From an uncultured Pseudomonadota bacterium (GTDB lineage: Bacteria > Oederibacteriota > Muellerivitia > Muellerivitales > Muellerivitaceae): a DNA stretch of 64,000 bases. Below are positions 57,045 through 64,000 of the stretch, piece after piece. The notes below the pieces were generated by a model, which saw only the letters and a list, made by a program, of their open reading frames with translations, searched no databases and was not told where the DNA came from. The position numbers were made by a program, and so were the translations under genes. Positions within the stretch are counted from its first letter, which is position 1. Each line of letters starts with the position of its first letter. The stretch is taken from positions 1,536,001 to 1,600,000 of the forward strand of contig CAWIIP010000002.1 of assembly GCA_963836235.1 (NCBI GenBank). The letters run 5' to 3'.

Positions 57045-57980
57045 CTAGGCCGTCATCGTTCCTTCGGCCAATTCCTCCATCTCGTTTTCCAACTGAATCC
57101 GGGCTGCTTCCAGCCGCTTTTTCCTGTCCGAAGTGATCTTGGGGAATTCCAGGCCGAGGGTAGTGATGGTTCCGGTCAGGATATCCGCGATCAAGGTGCG
57201 CGAGGCCCATTTGTGGTTGGAAGGGATGACGTACCAGGGGGCCCATTCGGTGGAGGTGGCGGCCAGGGCGTCTTCGTAGGCCTTCATGTAATCGTCCCAA
57301 TAGGCCCGCTCGGGCAGGTCCGAATCCGAAAATTTCCAGTGCTTGGCGGGGTTGTTCAGGCGCTCTAAAAGCCTTTTGCGCTGCTCTTCCTTCGACATGT
57401 GAAGGTAAAACTTCAGCACGATGATGCCGTTGCGCGTCAAGTGCTTCTCGAAGTGGTTGATGTCGCTGTAGCGGTGTTTCCAGATGTTCTCGCTTTTCAC
57501 GCCGGGCGGCAGTTTCTGGGTGTCCAAATATTCCGGATGCACCTTTACCACCAGCACGTCCTCGTAATAGGAACGGTTGAAGATGCCGATGCGCCCGCGC
57601 TGGGGGATGTTTTTCATGTAGCGCCAGAGAAAATTATGGTCCAGCTCGTCATTGGTGGGTTTCTTGAAGTTGTGCACCTGGCAGGCCTGGGGATTCAGGC
57701 CCGACATGACGTGGCGGATGATACCGTCCTTGCCCGCCGCGTCCATGGCCTGGAGGATGATCAGGATGCCATAGGTGTCGGATGCCCATAACAGATTCTG
57801 GGCCTCGGCCAGGTTTTCCAGGTTTCGCTTGAGGATTTTCTTGGCCAGCTTCATGACCCGTTCCTCGCCGAACTTGTCCAGCAGGTCCTTGTGGGAAGCC
57901 CAACCCGGGTCCAGGTCCTTGAAGTAAACACGCTTGCCGGGCTTCACGACGAACTTGTTCAGGAAACTTTTCTGCATCAT
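57045..57980 (-). CDS. ppk2: Polyphosphate kinase 2 family (class III-like)
   Basis: QAMDAAGKDG, HNFLWR, IFNRSYYE, APWYVIPS; GAGGAG SD before ATG 57980. Confidence 0.92.
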   Translation of the reverse strand: MMQKSFLNKFVVKPGKRVYFKDLDPGWASHKDLLDKFGEERVMKLAKKILKRNLENLAEAQNLLWASDTYGILIILQAMDAAGKDGIIRHVMSGLNPQACQVHNFKKPTNDELDHNFLWRYMKNIPQRGRIGIFNRSYYEDVLVVKVHPEYLDTQKLPPGVKSENIWKHRYSDINHFEKHLTRNGIIVLKFYLHMSKEEQRKRLLERLNNPAKHWKFSDSDLPERAYWDDYMKAYEDALAATSTEWAPWYVIPSNHKWASRTLIADILTGTITTLGLEFPKITSDRKKRLEAARIQLENEMEELAEGTMTA

Positions 57981-58166
57981 GGCGTTTCTCCTCAAGGGAT
58001 TCGGGTTAACGGAAGGCGATCATTATGCAAAGAGTGGAGCTGGGATGGGGAAATAGCAGGGTGTTTTTACTTAAAAGTAACAAATTGCGGTTTTCTGGAA
58101 ATGATCGGGGAAAATAGGTTGTTTTTAAGGGGGAAAAGCGGCTCCTGGCCATTAAAATCACTGTCC

Positions 58167-59645
58167 ATGGAAACCCCCGGCCATCCCAATCTTCTGCTCA
58201 ACATTGCCGTGAAGGCCATGGTGGACAAAGGCTTTGAGCCTGATTTTCCTTCCGATGCCCTGAAACAATTGGCCAGCCTAACCGAACCCTCGGGTAGCGG
58301 GGAAGATGGCTTGAAAGATTTGACCCATCTTCTTTGGTGCTCCATCGACAACGACGACTCCAAGGATTTGGACCAGTTGACGGTAGGTGAAAATCTTCCG
58401 GAGAACCGGTTGAAAGTTTACGTGGCCGTGGCGGATGTGGACGAACTGGTCAGATTGGGAACGCCGCTGGACCTGCACGCGAAAAAAAACACCACGTCCG
58501 TCTACACCGGCGTCAAAATTTTCCCCATGCTGCCTGAAAAGCTTTCCACCGACCTGACCTCCCTCAATGAAAACGAGAAGCGGGTGGCACTGGTGATTGA
58601 AATGACTTTGGACGCCGAAGGCCATGTGGCCGTTTCCCTGGTCTACCGGGCCTGGGTTCTAAACAAGGCCAAGCTTACCTACAACGGGGTTGGAGCCTGG
58701 CTCGAGGGGAAAGGCCCCCTTCCCGTTGCCGTAGTCAAGGTGCCGGGCCTGGCCGAAAACTTGAAGTTACAGGACGAGGCCGCCCAACGCCTGAAAGCCC
58801 TTCGACATCAGCAGGGAGCATTGGAACTGGAAACCCTCCAGCCCAGGCCGGTGACACTGGACGGCGAAGTGGTGGACCTGGCGCTGGAGTCCAAGAACCG
58901 CGCGGGGGAACTTATCGAGGATTTCATGATCGCCGCCAACGGCGTCACCGCGCGGTTCCTGACGACCGCCGGTTTTCCCACCCTGCGCCGGGTGGTCAAA
59001 ACGCCGGAACGATGGGACCGCATCGTTTCCGTGGCGGAAGACCATGGGGAAAAACTGCCGCCCGAACCCGACTCCAAGGCCCTCAATGAGTTTCTCCTGC
59101 GGCAAAAACAAAAAGACCCGCTGCGGTTCCCGGACCTGTCCTTGACCGTCATCAAGCTCATGGGCCGGGGCGAGTATGTGACGGAGATGCCGGGACAGGC
59201 GCCCTTGGGCCATTTCGGCCTGGCGGTGCGGGATTACAACCACTCCACCGCGCCCAACCGCCGCTACCCGGACCTGATTACCCACCGCCTCTTAAAAGCC
59301 GCCCTGGCCAAGGGGCAGCCACCCTATAGCCGGGACGATTTGAATTCCCTCGCCTTCCATTGCACCCAACAGGAAAACGCGGCGGACAAAGTGGAACGGC
59401 AGGTGCGGAAGTCCGCCAGCGCTTCATTTCTTTCCAAACGCGTTGGTGAGCATTTCGAGGCCCTGGTGACTGGAGCCTCGGACAAGGGCACCTGGATCAG
59501 GCTCTTGAAGCCGGTGGTGGAAGGGAAGCTGGTGCAGAACGCCCGGGGACTGGACGTGGGCGACCGCATCCGGGTCAAGCTAATCAGCGTGAATATCGAA
59601 CAAGGCTGGATCGACTTCGCCAATACGGGCCGCGCGGGAAAATAA
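58167..59645 (+). CDS. RNB-domain exoribonuclease (RNase II/R family, short form)
   Basis: SIDNDDSKDLDQ, HFGLA…HSTAPNRRYPDL, S1-like tail; ATG 58167 preferred. Confidence 0.9.
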   Translation: METPGHPNLLLNIAVKAMVDKGFEPDFPSDALKQLASLTEPSGSGEDGLKDLTHLLWCSIDNDDSKDLDQLTVGENLPENRLKVYVAVADVDELVRLGTPLDLHAKKNTTSVYTGVKIFPMLPEKLSTDLTSLNENEKRVALVIEMTLDAEGHVAVSLVYRAWVLNKAKLTYNGVGAWLEGKGPLPVAVVKVPGLAENLKLQDEAAQRLKALRHQQGALELETLQPRPVTLDGEVVDLALESKNRAGELIEDFMIAANGVTARFLTTAGFPTLRRVVKTPERWDRIVSVAEDHGEKLPPEPDSKALNEFLLRQKQKDPLRFPDLSLTVIKLMGRGEYVTEMPGQAPLGHFGLAVRDYNHSTAPNRRYPDLITHRLLKAALAKGQPPYSRDDLNSLAFHCTQQENAADKVERQVRKSASASFLSKRVGEHFEALVTGASDKGTWIRLLKPVVEGKLVQNARGLDVGDRIRVKLISVNIEQGWIDFANTGRAGK

Positions 59646-59648
59646 GCG

Positions 59649-59942
59649 ATGAAAAAGTGCCATGCCTGCGGCCAAACCTGAGAGGGTTCGCCTGGCACCC
59701 AGCCGGGGCGAAATGAAACCTGCGCCCAATGCGGGGCGGATATGCATTGTTGTCTCAACTGTTCCCTTCATAACCCTTCATTGAATAACCAATGTTCCAG
59801 CCGTTCGACGGAATATGTGAAAGATAAGGAAAAGCGTAACTTTTGCGACGAGTTTGAATTTATCTCCCCCAGCGGCGGAGAGAGTTCCGGGAAAAGCGAT
59901 AAGGGCGGCATGGAAGAAAAATGGAAGGATTTATTCAAGTAA
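59649..59942 (+). CDS. Cys-rich small protein interrupted by an in-frame TGA at 59679-59681
   Basis: MKKCHACGQT*EGSPGTQPGRNETCAQCGADMHCCLNC…NFCDEF reads in one frame and starts 3 nt after the RNB stop. Confidence 0.7.
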
Positions 59943-59988
59943 AAAGCTAGAATCTTCAAACTTTAACTTTAACAAATGGAGGCTTCAC

Positions 59989-60165
59989 ATGAAAAACGTC
60001 GAAATGAAAGTGGAAGGCAACATCCTGACCCTGAAGATCGACCTTTCGAAGGAATTCGGGCCGTCCGCCTCGGGCAAGACCACCATTATTGCTTCCACCG
60101 AAGGCAATATTTCGGTTCCCGACCGCGATGAGAAGGTTGGGCTGAACGTCTACAAAAAAAAATAA
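59989..60165 (+). CDS. Small conserved-looking hypothetical protein (58 aa)
   Basis: GGAGG SD; NVEMKVEGNILTLKIDLSKEFGPSASGKTTIIASTEGN. Confidence 0.8.
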   Translation: MKNVEMKVEGNILTLKIDLSKEFGPSASGKTTIIASTEGNISVPDRDEKVGLNVYKKK

Positions 60166-60184
60166 TCCCGTTCAAGGAGACCGC

Positions 60185-62356
60185 ATGCGTAAAGCCCTTT
60201 GTCTCGCTGTGTTGATGATGGCTAGCCTCCGAACGCCTGCCTTTTCAGCCCAATTCAGTTCCATCATCGACAACGGGCCCGTTGGAAAGTTTGAAAAGTT
60301 TGAAGCCACCTACAGCCTGGGCCAGTCCTACCTGAACCCTTTTGATCCGGATCAGATCGACGTGACAGCGGTTTTCATCTCTCCTTCCGGGATAAGCCAC
60401 CAGGTGAAGGGATTCATCTACCAGGATTTCACCCGGAGCGGTGATTCCAAATCCGAAATTCTTACCCCTTCCGGCCCTTTGGTTTGGAAAATCCGGTTCA
60501 CGCCTAACGAAACAGGTACCTGGACTTATAGCTTGCAAGCCATCGACGCCTCCGGTACCGCCCGGGTGCCCGCCCGGTCTTTCACTGTTTCCGTTTCCAC
60601 CAACAAAGGCTTCGTTCGGGTTTCCTCCAAGGATCCGGAATATTTCGCCTTCGACAACGGGGAACCTTATTTCCCCTTAGGCGAAAATATGGGATGGGGC
60701 GGCGGTGGAAAAACTTTTGATTATGATAAGTGGTTGATGGCCCTTTCTTCAGCGGGCGGCAATTATATCCGTCTCTGGCAGGCACCCTGGAGCACGGAAA
60801 TCGAATGGGCCTATTCCTACGACGCCAGCACCAAACTTCCTGGGGATTACAGTGACCGGTTGAAAGAGGCTTGGGAACTTGACTATATCCTCGACCTCTG
60901 CTCGCAAAAAAAAGTCTACGCGCTTTTGTGCCTCATTAATCACGGAAAGTTTTCTTCCACTACCAATCCCAATTGGGATAACAATCCTTACAATAAAAAA
61001 GCCAACCCCAAGGGCGGTTTCCTGGATACGCCTGACCAGGTTTGGACCAGCCCCCAGGCGAAAAGCTATCTCCAGCGCAACTGGCGTTACTTGATCGCGC
61101 GCTACGCCCATTGCACCTCGCTGGAATCCTGGGAAATCTTTAACGAAATGGAATGGACCGACCATTACTCCGACCATGTGGCGGACTCGGCGACCTTCCA
61201 CCAGCAGATGGGGGATTATCTCAAGACGAACGATCCTTACAAGCACTTAGTCACCACCAGCTACGCCAACGCGCTGAAGTGGCCCACGGGGGTTTGGGAC
61301 AGCGGCATGCAATTTAGCCAGGAACACAATTATGGCGGGTTGGACATGGCCCAGGTGGTGGATTCGATCACCTCCCAAATGCGCTTCCGCAACCCTGGCA
61401 AGCCCTTTTATGTCGGGGAAATGGGGATTGGTGGAGCCGGCGGGGCCGAGAACCAAAAGGATCCCACGGGCATCTTCATTCACAATACCAATTGGGGATC
61501 CTTAACCGCCAAGGCGGCGGGGGGCGGATTCCCCTGGTGGTGGGATAATTACGTGGATCCCAATAATCTTTATTGGCGTTGGACGGGAATCGCAAATTTC
61601 GTTGTAGGAGAGGATATCGACAGCCGCAATTATCAGCCGGTAGCTTTCCAAGTGGTGACGCCTGGGCTGTCAGACCTCAGTTTTTCCCCCGGAAATAACG
61701 GTTGGGGCGTGAAAGCCCCCGAAAATCACTTTAACTTGACCTCGGACGGTGGGGTGGTTCCGGCGGAATCAAACCTGACCGGGTTTGTTTATAGCACGGC
61801 CAAGGCGGAATTTCGTAATCCCCCTACCTTTCACGTGGACCTAGCTCAATCCGCAAAATTCCGCGTGACCCTCAACACAATTTCTTCCTGGGGTACGCAA
61901 AAGTTGACCATCACCTTGGACGGCAAACCCACGTCGTTGGCCGATACTCCGGTGACGGCTAATGGCGCTTACGAGATCAAGGTTCCTCCAGGAGCCCATG
62001 ATTTGTTCGTGGATTCCACGGGTACGGACTGGTTTCAGGTGGCTTCCTATACACTCACCCAATACGTCGGGTCGCTGCGGTGTAAGGCTTTGAATGGCAC
62101 AGATCGGGTACTGGGCCGGGTGCAGTCCCGTTCCTATACTTTCAACAATCCCCAAAGCCAAAAAGTGGAGGGTGGGAAGCTGGAACTCAAGGGGTTGAAT
62201 CGTGATGGGAAATGGAACTTCGAATGGTGGGACACGGACAAGGGAATGAAGACGGGTGGAACTCAAGTAAAGGTGGTTCAGGGCGCGGCGGAAGTCCCCC
62301 TGCCCATCATCGCGACTGATTTGGCTTTTAAGGTTTTTTACGATGAAGGGAAATAG
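60185..62356 (+). CDS. Secreted DUF5060-domain clan GH-A glycoside hydrolase (GH5-like)
   Basis: Signal peptide; NPFDP…WKIRFTP..GTW.Y; WEIFNE acid/base and YVGEMG nucleophile motifs. Confidence 0.8.
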   Translation: MRKALCLAVLMMASLRTPAFSAQFSSIIDNGPVGKFEKFEATYSLGQSYLNPFDPDQIDVTAVFISPSGISHQVKGFIYQDFTRSGDSKSEILTPSGPLVWKIRFTPNETGTWTYSLQAIDASGTARVPARSFTVSVSTNKGFVRVSSKDPEYFAFDNGEPYFPLGENMGWGGGGKTFDYDKWLMALSSAGGNYIRLWQAPWSTEIEWAYSYDASTKLPGDYSDRLKEAWELDYILDLCSQKKVYALLCLINHGKFSSTTNPNWDNNPYNKKANPKGGFLDTPDQVWTSPQAKSYLQRNWRYLIARYAHCTSLESWEIFNEMEWTDHYSDHVADSATFHQQMGDYLKTNDPYKHLVTTSYANALKWPTGVWDSGMQFSQEHNYGGLDMAQVVDSITSQMRFRNPGKPFYVGEMGIGGAGGAENQKDPTGIFIHNTNWGSLTAKAAGGGFPWWWDNYVDPNNLYWRWTGIANFVVGEDIDSRNYQPVAFQVVTPGLSDLSFSPGNNGWGVKAPENHFNLTSDGGVVPAESNLTGFVYSTAKAEFRNPPTFHVDLAQSAKFRVTLNTISSWGTQKLTITLDGKPTSLADTPVTANGAYEIKVPPGAHDLFVDSTGTDWFQVASYTLTQYVGSLRCKALNGTDRVLGRVQSRSYTFNNPQSQKVEGGKLELKGLNRDGKWNFEWWDTDKGMKTGGTQVKVVQGAAEVPLPIIATDLAFKVFYDEGK

Positions 62357-62448
62357 TATTTTTACGGGACCGGGTTCTTTTCAAAATTGATTTTTTGAAC
62401 TTGAAAAAAGGGTGGAAATAGGGAGACCCTTTCCCCTACACTCGCTCC

Positions 62449-63273
62449 ATGCCTTTTCACCCACCCAAACGTATAGCTTCTTTTTCCCACGTCACGACTG
62501 AGATTCTTTCCTACTTGGGATTCTCCGACGAAGTGACCACTTTAAAAGAATATTGTGAGGAAGAACCGCCCGCCATTGACCGCAACAAACCGGAGTATTG
62601 GTTCACCATGGCGGAGGGGCGCCTCAAAAGCCTCAGGGCCGACCTGGCAGTGACTTTTTCTTTGACCCAACAGGATTTACAGAAATGGCTCAAGGAAAAG
62701 GGTTTTAATGTTCTGCACCTGGATCCCCGCTCTTTGAGAGAAGTCGAGGATTCCTTTATCCAGATCGGGAAAGCCACGGGGACACTGGACCAGGCCAAGC
62801 GGTTGGCCCAGGACTTCACCGGGGGATTGGCGGCCCTTCAATCCAAGATTCCCCTCAACGCCTACCGGCCCAAACTTTACGTGGAACAGTGGAATAAACC
62901 CCCTTCCGCGGCGGGCGGCTGGTATTCCGAATTAATGCCCCTGGTAGGTGCCCATTATTTTCCGATGTTGTCCCGGGAACTCAGCCGTTCGGTGAAAATC
63001 GAAGAAATGCTGAAATTCGATCCGGAGATCATCATTTTTTCCGTTTACGGGGCTGGGCTTACTTTCGATCCCGCGGATGTCCTGAAACGCATCGGATGGG
63101 AAAAAATCAACGCCGTCAGAAAAAGAAGGATATTCACTATTGAGGAAACCCTTTTGAACCGTCCCGGACCCCGCCTCGTGGATGGAGCCAAAGTCATCCA
63201 GTGGATTCTGGGCGAATCCTTTTGGGGTTGGCCCCTCGTCCAATCCGCTTTCGCTAGAAGAGTTGTTGATTGA
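62449..63273 (+). CDS. BtuF-like helical-backbone binding protein without signal peptide
   Basis: PKRIAS…TEIL, FDPEII, W..INAVR, RPGPRL. Confidence 0.75.
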   Translation: MPFHPPKRIASFSHVTTEILSYLGFSDEVTTLKEYCEEEPPAIDRNKPEYWFTMAEGRLKSLRADLAVTFSLTQQDLQKWLKEKGFNVLHLDPRSLREVEDSFIQIGKATGTLDQAKRLAQDFTGGLAALQSKIPLNAYRPKLYVEQWNKPPSAAGGWYSELMPLVGAHYFPMLSRELSRSVKIEEMLKFDPEIIIFSVYGAGLTFDPADVLKRIGWEKINAVRKRRIFTIEETLLNRPGPRLVDGAKVIQWILGESFWGWPLVQSAFARRVVD

Positions 63274-63504
63274 GGTCGTTTTTAAAACCTTGTCTACAAA
63301 CCCATTTAAAAAATTGATCATTTTTAAAAACAAGACAGAATTCAAACACTAACTTATTTCTCTCGGATGAAATGAGGGTTGAATTCCATTAAAGATTTTG
63401 TCTTATGGTTCAAATTTGATTATGCTAGCCCTGTTGCCCGTTTAACCTTGGAATTCCGGAAAATAGTATTGAACGGATTCCAAACGGAAGGGTTGGTTTT
63501 TTTG

Positions 63505-64000
63505 ATGAACTCATACAATTCTACGGATGAAAATTCTTCTTCCCCCCTCAAAATTCCAACCTCTTTGGAGTTGTACGATTTTTTCAACTCGTTCCTTTTG
63601 AAGTGGTTGAAATTACCTTCCCAAAGAGTGGATATCGTCGATGACGACATCCAAACATTGCCTAATGAGCATAGTCTCCTATTCATGCATCCCATGAAGG
63701 GCATCCTCATCATCCGGACTTCCGATGAATTCGGAAAGGGGTTGGCAAAATTGGCAAAAATCAAAGACATCCCTCATGATCTTTTCATGGAAATGATCGT
63801 TCTTTTTTGGCACCGATTTGTTTCCCATTTTTGGGCGCTGGACAGCCGGAATTTGCCTGCCGGGCTTCTCAAAAAATCCATCCCGAAACATTGGCCCGAT
63901 CGCAAGCCGGATTCCCACTTGGTTGTATTCGTGATCCAACAGCCCGTTGAAATCCGCCTTTGGTTCAATTTGACCGAAACTGATATAGAACGATGGAAAA
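63505..64000 (+). CDS. Partial hypothetical protein running off the window, weakly CheX-like
   Basis: Frame open from TTG 63379 / ATG 63505 to the end: …LFMHPMKGILIIRTSDEFGKGLAK…DLFMEMIVLFW…. Confidence 0.55.
   Translation, partial: MNSYNSTDENSSSPLKIPTSLELYDFFNSFLLKWLKLPSQRVDIVDDDIQTLPNEHSLLFMHPMKGILIIRTSDEFGKGLAKLAKIKDIPHDLFMEMIVLFWHRFVSHFWALDSRNLPAGLLKKSIPKHWPDRKPDSHLVVFVIQQPVEIRLWFNLTETDIERWK

Noticed and set aside
59679-59681. Genome-wide UGA reassignment (code 4 or 25)
   Set aside because: Many well-defined genes end in TGA (14957, 16282, 17027, 21249, 23766), and long genes show no internal TGA
63420-63968. Minus-strand ORFs at the window end (CQFC read as a metal motif)
   Set aside because: They are shadows of a continuous plus-strand frame that runs off the window

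Overview
This is a 64 kb bacterial chromosome segment (genetic code 11), probably from a diderm cell because it encodes beta-barrels and lipoproteins. The Thr-Pro-rich surface proteins and FlgD-Ig tails are reminiscent of uncultured FCB-adjacent lineages such as FCPU426, but that is inference only. Housekeeping genes are hpnCDE, nadE, queD, erpA/iscA, a lipoate ligase, lpdA, prfC, gcvT/H/P, ppk2, an RNB nuclease and tRNA-Val(CAC). They are interleaved with a large cell-envelope complement: seven divergent ~700-aa paralogs of a GT-C (PMT/ArnT-like) membrane glycosyltransferase with C-terminal TPRs in two tandem arrays, a DUF2723/TMEM260-like transferase, several secreted or lipo-proteins with long Thr/Pro stalks, an SGNH + DltX-like peptide + MBOAT acylation cassette, and a duplicated secreted-protein + TraF/PorV-like barrel pair. 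The best candidate for an undescribed system is an expanded, TPR-directed surface O-glycosylation apparatus, one array of which is translationally coupled to squalene synthesis. Smaller oddities are a fused GcvPA-PB gene broken by a one-base frameshift, an in-frame UGA followed by a hairpin in a Cys-rich gene, a tandem pair of C4 zinc-finger microproteins, an orphan Avd-like gene, recurrent leaderless promoters and a MITE-like element. All family assignments come from motif recognition by eye; no database searches were run.
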